From the NCBI GenBank assembly GCA_002633005.1, contig NMRA01000013.1, forward strand, positions 508,347 to 572,346: 64,000 nt of DNA, given 5' to 3'. Source of the DNA: Phoronis australis (taxonomy: Eukaryota; Animalia; Phoronida). The position numbers were made by a program, and so were the translations under genes. Positions 49,961-63,806 of this stretch are shown here, piece after piece. Below the pieces are notes generated by a model. It saw nothing but the letters and a program-made list of their open reading frames with translations, did not search any database and had not been told where the DNA came from. Numbering within the stretch: the stretch's first letter is position 1; every line of letters starts with the position of its first letter.

Positions 49961-50068
49961 TTTAAGTCTGGTCAGCACGCCACCTGTGGCCACATCACAT
50001 ATTCATTAGGTCACGTGACCTAATGAATATGTGATGTGGCCACAGGTGGCGTGCTGACCAGACTTAAA
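49961..50068. repeat. Perfect 108-bp spacerless palindrome
   Basis: 54-bp arms checked base by base; centre CAC|GTG at 50014/50015. Confidence 0.97.
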
Positions 50069-51052
50069 TCAGATTCTATGAAAACTGAAATGGCTATAAC
50101 TGAATACGACTTTAGTACGCAAAAAATTAACTCTTACTAAATATATTTATTACATCTTATTCAAGAGCAACATTGAGCGGTGATATGTGCCCACTCATTG
50201 CATAGGAAATGGTAAGCAATAAAGGGGCTCATTTTTAATAACATTTCCACCAACATCAGTTATGCAAGATCTCCTTGTTAAGAGCATAAAGGAAGACTTT
50301 CAAAAGATACACAAAAGAACTTGCAGACATAAAGACAAACACAATGACAATTGACCTATCGCAAGCTCCGCCCCTATGCGAAAAGTCACGTGATACCCGA
50401 CATTCGAACTAGATGTTAGAGGCAAATACACTGTCGCTAAACGACGTTCCTGGTGGAATCGATGAGTGTTTTTGTACTATTTGAAAACGCGTCGACAGAG
50501 ACAAGAGGTGATGCTTTTCAACAGTGAATCGTAAGTTCATGATATGAAAATTTGTAAAGGTGACGATGAAAAAACAGGTGCTCGAGGAGCCAGCGAAAAT
50601 CCGAAGAACCCCTCAGCCTCGGGGCCAACTTCACCTGACAAATGACAAGGCCACTGATACGATATGTTCATGTAAAGCTGGGTATGTACCTTAAAGTCGA
50701 ATTATCTGTACGATTCCATAGATTTCGTGATCTTTAGAATAAAATCAGTGAAGATTCACCGATATTTTTATTCTGTCGTCTGCTAAAATTCGCCAAATGA
50801 AAAGTAGGTCACAACTGGTGGGACTCCTGGAGTAAAGTAGGTCATAGATTACGGACAACACATGCACTATATAGTGTCTGACTAGGTCGACTCGATAGCA
50901 CTGTTTACGCTTTTCTAATCTTGTAACGAAATATTTTGATCAAAAAATTCAGGTTCATAGCTGCAGGTACACACTCATCTCGTCCTGGCCAAACAGTTAG
51001 CTCCGGTAGGTCTAGGACTATGTGTGTCTAAGTAAAATTAATGTCTGGAATT

Positions 51053-51260
51053 CAGTGGCGGATCTAAGGTACCACAGGGGGGCCAACATATGTTGCCTCG
51101 TGAAATTGGGCAAAGTGCAATTGTATGTGCACAGGCGGCCCGAAAGTTGCAGGGGCCAGGGATGTAAACCGTTGGACCTTCTGCACAGAAAATCTATCGG
51201 GGGACTAAACAAAACAGGAACACGATTCCTCCCCTGCCCCCCCCCCTAAATCCGCCTATG
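51053..51260. mobile_element. MITE with CAGTGGCGGATCTA...TAAATCCGCCTATG termini and 5-bp flanking duplication GAATT
   Basis: Imperfect TIRs; gaatt at 51048-51052 and 51261-51265. Confidence 0.7.
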
Positions 51261-52319
51261 GAATTGTTCGTTTGCACCATTAAGACATTTAAATTAGGCC
51301 TACCTTCTTATGAACTTGGCATTTTTTTGTAGTTTCATTCCATAAAGGTAGCTTTCATTTAATTTTGAAGGTAGCATGATCACTAAGTCGTGGTATGGTT
51401 GCAAAAGATTATAAGTCTGGTGTGATAGTTGTAAAAATAGGGTATTTACAAAAATAACTCGAATTCTTTTTTAAAGCTCCATAAATCCAAATATCATGTT
51501 TGAACAACTTCAAAATGAGCTCTCTCTAACTCTACAGACATAGTGTATACTAGAGGTACACATCAAAAAGTAATTCAACAGTTTATTTCTAGTGACAACA
51601 GCTCGACCAAGGCTTTGAGTTCCGGCAGTAATCCAGTGTCCTTCCCTGTGCCGATCGAATCTCTGAATTTTGACCGGGAGAGAAGTTCAGTTGAACGCCA
51701 GCTTACGGTTTATGAATAACAAAAATGTACCTCTGATACGAAACAAAATAATGTCCATTAGGTTGAAAGAAATAACAAAAAAAAACACAAAATAAAATGT
51801 CCTTGAAAACAACAATTTCCGGGGACTACCGCTAGTGCTGAGATCCAGCAGGTGCCGAGACAAAGGCGGCCAGACGAAGTCAACTCGAGAGTCAAAATCT
51901 GAGATAGCCCTGCACCATAGCCACCAAGCTGAAAAGTGCGTATCTTGGAACTAATATATTTGTGTTTATAATAGCCTTCGAGTTAACAAGCAACATCGCT
52001 AAGTTCAGCTGCTCGTGTGGCCGTACAGTTTGATCCATAGTTTACGCTTTTCACCCATCATTTTTCGGCTTAGGACATGCCAAAAATGATAGGATATTAC
52101 TCTGGAGCAGCATAACGGTTGTCGGTGCTACACACGCCATATCAACACTGTTTTCCCATTCTTAGCGGACAATTTCTTGAGCTATAGACTAAAGTAAGTC
52201 TAACTCGACTGCGAGTGGTTTGTCGGGTAAAAATGCGGCTTGGAAACGCAGACGAAGGTGTGCCAAGAATGCTGCGTTCTGATTGGTCAATTAAGCCGTC
52301 CGTCATAATCCTGGCGATA

Positions 52320-54220
52320 GCTCAATTTGTCACTAGGGTGTGCCGAGATCCAAAAATCGCAATAAGACATTATTTCCCCAATCAAAGATAAACATGCCAA
52401 ATTTCATGAAGACCTATTGAAAGAATTAGATATTGAAACATACGCAAAGAAAAACTAATATTGCCACTAGGGAGCACTACATACTTAGGAACAATTTGAA
52501 AATTAATTTTGATCAATTTAATCTCAATAACACATAGATCTGATAAAATTGCTGTGCCAATTATGTGCTACGGCGTGGAAATCTGGGGATTCAAAGAATA
52601 CCAATGCCTTGAAATTCTGTAAAATTGCTCTTGGAGTTGGAAACTCTTGCTCAAATGCAGCTGTATTGGGTGAATGTGGAATTTATCCGCTCTATGCAAA
52701 TTACTATGTCACACGTGTAAAATATTGGCTAACGTTATTGAAATTAATGCCACCTACTAGATACGCTAAAGCGACTTATGACATGTTAGTTGATTTAGAT
52801 AGGAATGGAAGAAATACTTGGGTATCTTCTGTTAGACAATTGTTATCAAAATACAGTTTTTATGAAATTTGGATGTATCAAGGTGTCACGTGCGAAGTCT
52901 CGTTTTTAAGTTTCTTCGCGCAAAGAGTTAATGACTGTTATGAGCAAGGTTGGCGACCAGAAATTGAGCATAATGCAAAACTTAAATTCTACTGTAAATT
53001 TAAGACACTGTACTGTTTTGAACCATATCTTAAGTTACCGCTACACAATAGTCTTATTCAAGCGTTTACTCGTTTAGGTTGCTCCAACCACAGACTACAA
53101 GTGGAAGTGGGTAGACACGAGAAAGTGGAATATTACAATAGATTATGTATGGCTTGCAATGATGGTCTTGTAGAGGATGAATATCATTTCCTGTTGGTTT
53201 GCAAGGGATATTGTGAACTTAGGTCACGTTTTATGAAGGAAGTTCAATGGAGGCATCCAACTCAAGAATATACGCCTGCTCGCCTGCCCGCTAATCCAGA
53301 TATATCTGCTGTTAAATATGTGTATTTTGCCCTTAAAAGACCAGAACAACTCTTAAATGGGTTGACTGCTTGTGCAAACGTGCCTGATTAATTGTTTCCT
53401 AATTGTACTTTGGGCCAGAGGCCATCAATACAAATAAACATATTATAGATCTGCCAAGTCAGATTTACTGAGCGATTAGACAAGGAGGCAGAAGCCAAAA
53501 AGAACGTAAATCATTAAAAATGGCCTCTAGGGACGCACAAAAGGATGCGTCCAACTGACACCAGCCAGTTTCCTACACAGGTGTTTATATGCCAAATTTC
53601 ATGAAGATCTATAAAGAAACTAAAGGTAGAAATTGAGGTAGAAAGAAAAAATTCTAAATTGCCCCTACGGGCAGCTACAGTAGTTACATTGAAGTACCAA
53701 AATTCCAACTGTCTTCTCCCCAAACAAGAAAACATAAAACAAATTTTCATGAGACTGTTTCAGGAACTAACGGAACACATGAAAGCAGAGGTAACAAAGG
53801 TAAAAAAAAAATTACCACTACGTGGCGCCACTGAAGCTTGACTCGTCTGAGAACGATCGTCTTTTGTGCTCTGTTTAATAAAGCACGTGCCAAATTTCAT
53901 TAAGATAAACCATCAGATACTGAGCCAACTGGCAGCATCGCCAATTAGGGGCGCTGCCGAAATTTCATAGGTCCAAAAAACCAACCTCGCAATCTTTTTT
54001 CAGTTAACAACACATCTGCCAAATTTCCTCATTTTAAACTTTCGAGTGGTTTGCCGAATAGAGGAAGACACAAAAAATGCAAAATGGCCACCATGTGACG
54101 TATGTTGAATACGTCCGAAAATCCTGCAATCCAAGGAGTTTAGGCGGAGATACAGCAGCAGTTGTCGGATGGCCAGAGATAATGGCAGTAAATATACCCA
54201 TATATGTATACGTGGGCTTG
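52320..54220 (+). mobile_element. Old HINE-like element (same family as 21718-22702), split by a LINE insertion
   Basis: Repeated tgccaaatttcat and ccactagg units on both sides of the LINE; tail ggagatacagcagcag...cccatatatgtatacgtggg. Confidence 0.6.
52543..53444 (+). mobile_element. 5'-truncated non-LTR retrotransposon (RTE-X-like ORF2 C-terminus, ORF 52549..53391) with 9-bp TSD ATAGATCTG
   Basis: SNAAVLGECG, NTWVSSVR, SNHRLQVEVGR and the CCHC finger RLCMAC..VEDEYHFLLVC; 3' aataaa; TSD at 52534-52542 and 53445-53453. Confidence 0.88.
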
Positions 54221-55900
54221 AGAATCTAGAGTATTCCTTGGCATATCAAAGGCTTCATGGCGCCGTCACGGACTGAAGTGAGCTAGTCACTATTCAATAG
54301 GCCTTATAAATGCCTGGTCAAATGTGAGTTGGACGAGATAATTATACGGTCACAAACTAACGCGCCTGTTTAGCGTACGAGTTTCAAAGTAAAAGATCAA
54401 CAATAAGTAAGGGAAAGCACTAACTAACTAACTGTTTTTAAAACCAAAAAGTAAATACTAGCAGTCTTCGAATTTTTACAATACATGCATTAAAAGAGAA
54501 GTTAGCAAATAGGTTTTCTTAAGCCATGTGGCTAAGCCACGTCCATTACCGGTAATTTGTGAATCGATTAGGATGAGTTAGTCAGGCTTTGGGGTAACAA
54601 AACCCCAAATGTTAGCGTAGGAGTTGCTTGACAAAGAGTACCACCAAATTGCAGATGCAGCCAACATATTACTGTAGTAGCACACAACTGCATACATTGT
54701 ATGCATGACGTCGTTTTTCCGTTCAGTGACTTTACCAGACATAGAGGGTGGTCAGCCTGTGATAACATCTAGCTTCTTTGTTAACTGGAAAGCACAGTTT
54801 TTTGTGTGGTATGACAACAGGCATGCTAATTATCTAACAGGCTTTTTACAAAGTCAAACCCAGTGCGAATTTAAGTGCATTCGGAAAGAATAGATTGTCG
54901 TAACTTAGGTTCTAGCTGGGCGATTTTGGCGATTCAAAAACTAAACATGACCACCACTTGACGGGGATTTCAGAAATGCTACTGGCTTATGTTCAAATAT
55001 GTTATAACTTAACTTTTATTTTTAAGAGCACAACCCAGTCAGGCTAGATAGGATCTTATTGGAGATAATCAATTACCAAACAAAAGAGAGCTGGCCCTCC
55101 AACCATAAATGCCAGAATGGAGTTAATCAGTCGTGTAATATATTGGCTATAGGGTTCATCTTCCCAACTCGTTGTTGGGCTATAGAATCGAACAAGTTGG
55201 GAGCAACGGGAAAGCGCCGTAATGAGGCCAACAAGTTATTGTAGTAGCACACAACTGCGTGTGTTAATTGTATAATGGTCACAGGAACTTGCAAGAGAGA
55301 ACGATCTATGAAAAGGATAATTGGCCATGCGACCCTAGCAATCACATGGACCCAGCTTAAGTTAATAAACACTCTATGTGATAATGTTGAACAGAACATT
55401 CTCAATTTTGCAAAAATTCATTCTCATTTCAAATAATTTATTCTCCATTGTAATACAATGCACTGGATATTGTTAAAAGTCGATGTCCAACTTATGGGCT
55501 TGTGGGATGGTAGACTATCTTATCATTTTTTGAATACCGAAATGACATTGGTCCTCAACGATGAGTCAAAATTGCAAGCACTTAAGTCGCCACTTTTTTC
55601 TGCCAGTCTCATAAAGGACGTGAATCGGACTTATGCTGTTATCAGAATTATTTACATTCTGTGCAGATGTCAATTAAAGTAAATAGCACTGGTTATGACA
55701 TTGGAGACAAATAAATGTTGTAAACACTGATTACTTGACATCTGACGAGCAGTTTAAATCAAAGGTCATATGGTAATTTTGGTCTTCGTTAAGATGGTAG
55801 TAATTTGGACTTAAAATTGCATGACAGCTTATTAATGTGATTTGTGAAAGTGGTCGTTAAGCCTGAATACAAAAATTTATGTCAGTTGCAACCATCACAT

Positions 55901-56186
55901 CTTGTTTGTAATACCGTGCCTTGTTTTTAATACCGTGCCTTGTTTTTAATACCGTGCCTTGTTTGTAATACCGTCTCGTTTGAAATACAGTGCCTTGTTT
56001 GTAATACAGTTTCTTGTTTGTTATACCGTGCCTTGCTTGTAATACCGTGCCCATGTTTGTAATAACGTGCCTTGTTTGTAATACCGAGCCTTGTTTGTAA
56101 TACCGAGCCTTGTTTGTAATACCGTGCCTTGTTTGTAATACCGAGCCTTGTTTGTAATACCGTGCCTTGTTTGTAATACCGTGCCT
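55901..56186 (+). repeat. 19-bp minisatellite (cttgtttgtaataccgtgc), about 15 copies
   Basis: Direct tandem array; explains ORF 55857..56054. Confidence 0.95.
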
Positions 56187-56595
56187 ACAATCAAGCTATG
56201 ACTGGACTTACAGCCTTTATTATAAAGCGGATCCCGGATTTTTCAGCTTTTACCTTCGATATTACAAACCCCTATGACAGTGTCCTCTTTGATGAGAAAT
56301 GAAGTAGGAGAGTATGACTGAATGGCATCTGAGAAGTAACATTTTCAGTAAATCTTTCCATTTTGTTAAAACATAAAACTCTGTCCACATATTCTATTTT
56401 TGTGGCACCTTTCGGACCTCTGCGTCAAAAGATTTTTGGGGATGGTTGTAAATCATGGGTATCATTCACACACAATGGGCTTCGCAAATGCATTAAGAAA
56501 ATTTCAATATGTTGTTAGATTGGTTTGTGTGCTGATGCCATTTTTTAAATGTTTTTACATTTAATTTATATTTGCAATGAAGTAACTACCCTTTG

Positions 56596-58130
56596 AACGA
56601 GAGCGCTCGGAGGAGCGACACTTGGCGGAACTAGTCGAAAAGACGACGATGAGGGAGACGACGACAATCAAGACGATCAAGGCGTTAATTATGAATAACA
56701 CGATAACACGATAACATTCATGTGACTAGCGAAGAAATCAAATAGAGAGCAGACAATCAACTACAATAAAGAACAATAGATGGCCCAGCATGACGGACGA
56801 GTCGTGTCTGTTCCCACATTCTAAAATAGGTGGCGCTATGTGACAGTCTGCAAAGCAAAGTTATGTTTACAATAAGTATTTGCCCTGAAACTGTACGAGC
56901 TATGCCACAGTAGGACACTGCTGGCTGGGTCAGTCTGGGTCAACTAGGCATAATCAAAACAAAGTGAACTGAAAGCAAGCCAGCTGCTTGTGACCGAAGG
57001 AACAACGGTATTCGAAAATCTCGAATAATTCAAAAAGTGGACGTCGTAGCGCAAAATAAAAATTATCATCTGAAAGCCCGTTCAAAACTCTATCTAAAGT
57101 GGCAGTTTGTCAAACACGATAACATTCATGTGACTAGCAAAAAATCAAATAGAGAGCATACAATCAACTACAATAAAGAACAATAGATGGCGCAACATGA
57201 CGGACGAGCCATGCTTTAAAGTAGGACAGTGCTGGCTGGGTCAGTCTGGGTCAACTAGGCATAACCAAAACAAAGTGAACTGAAAGCCAGCCACCGGCGC
57301 GCTTGCATAGGGACAACGGTATCCGAAAATCTCGAATAATTCAAAAAGTAGACGTCGTAGCGCAAAATGGAAAGTTTTTTCTGAAAGCCCGTTCAAATCT
57401 CTATCTAATGTGGTAGTTTAGCAAAAATCCAAAAATTTTTCGAGAAAATTGAAAATTTGCCGGTTTTTTTTGAAATTCAAAGTCAAATAACTCGAAAACG
57501 GTAAGTCTGAGAAATACGCTCTTGCAGACTTTTTGAAAGGCCATACTTCAAGGAATCCACATGCAAAAATTCACGTCATTTGCTCTTCCCATAAAAAATG
57601 CGACAGCAGAGCGATTGAAACCGTGTGAACATGCCCCACAGCCGCCATCTTGAAGGTGACTTCCGGTTCAATAATTTTTTATAAAAGCCTATTAAACTCA
57701 ACAAACACGTGACCAGTTTGAAAGTGATTGGTTTGCAATTGCGCCCTCTACAGGAGAAAACGTTTTTAGCCCTATTTCGGGGTGCGCATGCGCCACGTCC
57801 AATATTTCCGCCATCTTTAACCGGAAGTCAACGATTTTCTGCACAATTGTAGCACATGCGTTCTAGTATATTCGTACCGATTTTCAGCCATGTAGGTCGA
57901 AAAATGTGGCCTCTACGAGTATTTGACTGTGAAATCGGATACAAAATGGCCGCCACGTCCGCCATTTTGTATCCGATCATGACCAAAAACTATAGCGTTC
58001 TAGTGATTCCCGATCTACATGTTGTGTGCAAATTTCGTGAAAATCGGACCAGAATTGCGACCTGTAGAGAGCGAACAAAAAAACTTGCTGTCAGAGCAAC
58101 ATACTTGGCGGAAGAATTCGGCCAAGTAAA
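56596..58130 (+). mobile_element. Non-autonomous Helentron/HINE-like element, second family, with an internal ~400-bp tandem duplication (56705-57112 and 57113-57420)
   Basis: 5' aacgagagcgctc..gagcg and subterminal acttggcggaa (56620); 3' acttggcggaa-gaa-ttcggccaagt hairpin (58103-58127). Confidence 0.7.
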
Positions 58131-60858
58131 AATAGAAACATAACAATTTTGGAACTATTTTTGTGTGAAATGAGTGAAACATTGATGTACCATTATCATT
58201 TTAGTCCTAACTTGAGGACAATTAGTTAGCTTCGACAAGATTCCATCAGCTTTACATAACTATAAAGAAGCTGGTTGCAATCAATCAGCACATTTTCAGA
58301 TAACACTAATTTGACACATTACAAATACTTATTAATCTAATATGAACAAATTAACATTTTACCAAATGTAAACACTTTCCCATGATAACCCATTTTTTGT
58401 AAATCGCTCGCCGACCAATTGGCTCAGCAGTGGGATATTCGTAAGACCGCGAATGCCAAATTTTGGAATTTCAATTAAAGCTGTATTTGCATGCTCCCAA
58501 GTATGCTAATGTATAAACAGGAACTAACAATGATATTTGAACATCATCTACGCTAAGCAAAGTGCAACTGTATTCACTGACAACTTGTAAATGTGAAAAC
58601 AAAAAATTCTGCAAACAGGTAATGACCTTTGCACTAACAACGTCCCTTGGGGGTGACTTACATAGCCTCAACACCATGTCACCATACTTACTGGACACGG
58701 TTGAGTGATTTACGACGGATCCTTTTCAACACAAAACTTGTTTCTAAAAACATCAGGCAATTTTAAACGTATTTCATATTAACATTGTGGCAATATGATG
58801 CGTTTCCAACCAATTTGACAAAGCAATCATAGAGATAAGGAATTAGCGTGCAAGTTTCACTTCAGTTTCCAGAGTTGTTCATATATAGGTGCTTCATACA
58901 CAAAGCCCTCGCTCACCTGAGGGGAAAGGTGCCTGTGCCTGCAGTGTAGAAGGGAACTTTGAGGGGAACCTCCCAGACCGGTCATCAGCAATTCCACCCC
59001 TGATCACCACTGCTCATCAGCAAAGCCTCAACTAGTCAAACTTACATTTTGTGTGATTCTAACCTTAAGGTGACTTTTTAATCCTCACAGTAGAATTGTC
59101 GAGCTTGATGTGGGAATTTTGCGTGATTTTTAAATAGCTTTTCATACAGAACAAGTCAATATTGGCCTAAAAAAATTGAGGCATCGAGGACCCTGCTCCA
59201 GCTCTTCGTAATAAACCTCAGTCACCCTGTGAGGATTCTATTTCCGTTACCAACAATATCATCAAAAATCATCAGCAACTCGAGAAAACAATTCAGAGTG
59301 TATTGGGGTTGGCTAACCCTAAAATTGCGAGCACGAAAATGGTGCATGTACGCATTGTCTGTTACTTGAAGTTGTAAGGGAAGTGGAATGGAAAGGAATA
59401 TTGTGAGACCAATTTTATGTGAGTAAAAGACCTCTCTTATTTGATTTTCATCACTTAAACAGAGAAAAATGTAGCTGTAAGTATTGTCAATAGTGCAGAA
59501 TATTGAGTGAGCAATGAACAGATTAAACAAGCAATTATTATGAAATTTTTTAATTTTCCATACGGAATTAGCCCTAATCCCACTTTACAATGCAATACAG
59601 CAATGCATCCACAAAATCACTTACAGCAAATACTTCAGAAAAGATGGGCGTTCTTAACATGACAATCATAAAGATTACCTTCCGAGTGGAAGGAAATTTG
59701 AATCTCAAAGAGCACAGTATAAGATCTGTAATTAGCGAGAATCAATACATTTGACCAGTAAACGGCACTCGACAGTTCATTAACCTTAATGAGAAATAAG
59801 TTGGATTTTAAAACTGTGTCAATGACAGAACTAACACACCAGATGTATAGCTGCTACTAGCAAGGGGCTGCTACTAACACTAAAATGATCAAGTTGCCAC
59901 TTGTAGATCTGCACTGGGCATGTCAGATTACGACCATTCATTACATCTTAGTCCTGGGAGGAACACCTCTGCTCATTGGGCATGTGGGTCATCATATATT
60001 TTATGGCGAGAAATATAGCCACGTAGAAATGCCGAAACAAAGTTGTTGATTTTCTACACTTTGAGCACGTACTATGAGTAAAACCCTCACCTATGGATGC
60101 ATAACACCCTGAGAGGCACAACATCGCATCTAAAAATATAAGACCAAACAGTCCTGCAAATTATCGGTGACCTTGGCTCTCCTCTATTATTAAAAGCTAT
60201 TCTCACTTTTAAATGTGCTCGACTATTGATCAAATGTCAAACATTTTTCACATAAACTAGACCACCAGGAATAAAACTCCATTTGGGAAATGTGCAAAAT
60301 GATTTGGATGATTTCTGCTCTCCTAATACCTTTGCTAGTTTTAGCTGCCATTCATGGTATTTACTATCAGTAAGCATTTTATTGTTGTTGTTGTTGCTTT
60401 TGTTAAGATTTCATGTATACAAAATGTTCGAGTAACTGCTTTACTATTTCCATACTGGATGTTAAATAATTCTTCACCTTATTAATTCAGCACAGTATGC
60501 GGTAGACAAGTGAAATTTTATCAAATTATGGAACAAAACTAACCAACAAAACTTTTTGTTCTGCTGTAAACTCGGTCAATGAACAACATGTGGTAATTAT
60601 TTTACAATATTTGCACCAAGATGACTCGGGCTTTTGGAAAATATAGATATGACATTTTGGCAGTTCTTTTTGTAGGAAATAAGTGACGAACTACGGAAAA
60701 GAGGACTTTTATGATTTTCTTGCATAAAATGAAAACTAAATGACAATTTATAAATCTGTGCCTGTAGATTGAGGTTTCACCTCGCACATTTACATGACAT
60801 GAAATTTGGTCGTATTTTGTTATGAATGCAGTACTTACCTGTTTTGATAAATTTTATC

Positions 60859-60959
60859 ATGACATGGTAACGGGACACTAACAAGAGAATATAAAATCAA
60901 AGTCTAGATATGACATGGTAATGCGACAGTAACAAGAGAATATAAAATCAAAGTCTAGA
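60859..60959 (+). repeat. 51-bp tandem duplication
   Basis: atgacatggtaa...aacaagagaatataaaatcaaagtctaga twice. Confidence 0.9.
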
Positions 60960-61179
60960 GGCTCTTTACTTTCAGGAAATATATACTTTTACAAAGGAAA
61001 TTTCTACAATTTTGTAACTGTCCATCTACTCATCTCACCAATTTCAGACAAAAATAATTGCCGAAATTGATCAGTTTTTATTTTCATGCCATCGGAGTTA
61101 TCGATAGGGGTCATAGTCTGCGTATGCTAACAGCGGCTGTGACTGGTTACTGTTTGTTAATATTTTGTTCTAATTGTTA

Positions 61180-61515
61180 TTTATCGTAATCTATTTTGCC
61201 CGGGGTACGCCACGAGCTATGTTGCAGAGTAAAACAAGAGGAGGATTGCGAATATTGTCATTTACTATGACGTAAATAGATAAAACTAAGACTATGCAAG
61301 ATGGGCATGGACAAGACGCCCACCGGCGTGTACAATGAATAGCCCTGCAAGAGGGAACAAAACAAAAGAAATGCCTGAAGGGCTTAAAGGAAAAGTACAG
61401 AACATGAATACAAAACTTGAAAAAACCTAACAGGAAATGTATACGAGCAAGGAGAAAGTGGAACCGACACCCGGGATGGGGGGTAGGGAAAAAATGAAGA
61501 GAACGAACGTAGGTC
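61180..61515 (+). repeat. Interspersed repeat, copy 2 (copy 1 at 34050-34392)
   Basis: Same-orientation diverged copy; explains the similar spurious minus-strand ORFs at 34046/34131 and 61191/61427. Confidence 0.85.
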
Positions 61516-62163
61516 TTGTAGACGACGAGGTAGGTGGCTGAATGAGAGACCACGTTGAACAGAACAAAGGAAATATGGGCGACCAATCAGGAGTCGCGTA
61601 GAGAAACGTATGAATACAAAAGTAGGCCCTAGAGGCTATAAATAGAGATGAGTAATGCAAAATAAACCCTAAGGACTGGTATCGAAATAAAGAGACAAGT
61701 GTCAAAATAATGACGATAAATGCATTTAACAAGTTAAATTTAATTATTAGTTTGGCGGTATAAGCATTCTGTTTCAATTTGGATGTATTTGCTCGATTCT
61801 TTTCATTAAAAATGATTGAAAATGAAGTGTATGCAAAATGAGTTCTCACCACGCTACACCGCTTTTACTTGGATCAGCTGTTAGTCTGCGCAAGAGTTAA
61901 ATTTTTTAATAAGTCATTTTCTATTATATCGTCATCGTCCCAACTTGGCAACTGTTGGCTGCCTTGTGATGAAGTTCTAGTTTCCATCTGGAGAGAGAGG
62001 TCCTTGCTTGCCATTTTTGATGGCAAGTACTTCAAAGTTCATGGAATTACTACACCTTAACTTTGCAGTTAACCACAGTTAACTTCGAACTAAAGCTTCG
62101 ATAGTAGCGAACAGTATGGAAAAGGGCCTTATAATACAGCTTATTAAATAGGTTTTTAGAGCC

Positions 62164-62360
62164 AGGGCACGTTCCAACAAAACTGACTCAGCTAACCTGA
62201 AGACAAATCTTAAATTTTAGTAAATTCTAAGATAAAACTTAAATTTGTCTTAACACCATTTCAAGAAAAACATCTTAAGATTGACTTAAGTTTTCATATG
62301 TTTTGAATTAATTTTGACTATCTTACCAGATGTGGAAGTTTTAAAGTTTGAAACGGGCCC
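62164..62360. mobile_element. Short MITE (Harbinger-like) with GGGCMCGTT[CT]CAA-type TIRs
   Basis: ccagggcacgttccaac ... gtttgaaacgggcccctgg; homologous to 21504-21717. Confidence 0.65.
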
Positions 62361-63806
62361 CTGGCTGAGAAGATAATAGTTTTATTACCCCCTATGGATT
62401 AGTGAATAGCCAAGCCTCCAATGTACTCACAAGAGCACAAATGATACAGATTCTTAGATGTGCCAACAACCCTGGTGCCCCCTAGTGACATTTTTCGCAT
62501 CTGCGTCCACGTCTAAGCCCCCAATTGGACTGACCCTTCGTCTCCTAATGGCAATTTGTTTTATGTTCATCTCTGTAATCCTGCTCCAAGGTATGCCGGC
62601 AACTGTCCCAGCTGGACTGTGTAGCTAAACACAGCTTAACAAAAGATTTATAGTTCTGGTTGAGAAGATAATCATTTTATTACCTCATATGGATTATGAA
62701 TAGCCCACCCCTGAATGGTGGTGAGAATTTACCGCACCTATCATAATTCAATATTCCCTGCAACAGTCCAGGCCAATCTGATTGGTGATTGAAGCCTCTT
62801 CAATGGTTGTTCCGTACCTAAAATTACTCTAAGCAATGACGCACGTCAGCCGAAACACAGGCACTGCGCTAATGTTACAACTGAATATTGTATTTATCGT
62901 CTACCTCCATCATTCACAGACAACTCATTACCACATCCTATTCCAAGCCATAATTTAGTTGAAATAATTGCACCCCAACTACTTTCCTCATCAGAAAAAG
63001 GACTTAAACCAATTTAACGTGACAACATGTTAAGAAAATGAGTGAAAATATACTGCCAGTTACAACCTAGTTCGCAACACTATTTCAGCATATAGCTACA
63101 AATGATCTTCAGCAAGATTTGCACTTCTGATGCCGTCCAGTTTTGCCAAGAGTCTAAAGTGGACACAGAAAAAGTTCTTCATCTTGAAACCATCTGAGAC
63201 TCCAGTGGTTAGCAAGTCAGGGACAGTGCAGCATCTCTACTGGTCACTGGTCAATACATAAAGGTAATTCTTCAATTATTTAGCACTAAATATGTTCGAA
63301 AAGTGTAATTTTCTTTTGTCAAATATGTCCACAAAAATAAAGAAATTGTTTTAGTCCACGATACAGTTTCTTTCAATTACAACAGAATATGGCATGAATA
63401 TCAATTTTATTTCATCAAAAAATTCAACATGAGAAAACAAGAAGGCAATTTTACTTGATTATTTGAAAACATTGTATGGTACAGCTGTCATAAACATAAA
63501 CGAGACAAAATTTTGAACATTTCTGGCAATAAAGTGGTAGTTTGAAAATCAAAGCTTGAACATTATCTTTGTTCGAATTTAAGGAAACTTCACAGGAATT
63601 AGAACATGGTTTGTACTTCGTAGACATCATAAAACAACTTATAGTTAACGCTCAATGATCATTCGCAGTACTTAGTGTCTGAAAATTGGATAATTGACAA
63701 TTTCGGCAATTATTTTCATGCAAAATAGGTGGAGAATTACCACAACTTTCTTTACAGCCTTTCACATTAAGGTTAGGAAGAATGCTAGAAAAATTCCAAG
63801 TTGGAT

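Noticed and set aside
55901-56186. Regular short repeats as a possible CRISPR array
   Set aside because: Head-to-tail 19-bp units with no unique spacers, in a eukaryotic intron-like context, with no cas genes: a minisatellite.
62431-62624. Exon-like segment with a GTGAGTA donor
   Set aside because: Contains a HINE repeat unit and an in-frame stop; no stabilin similarity.
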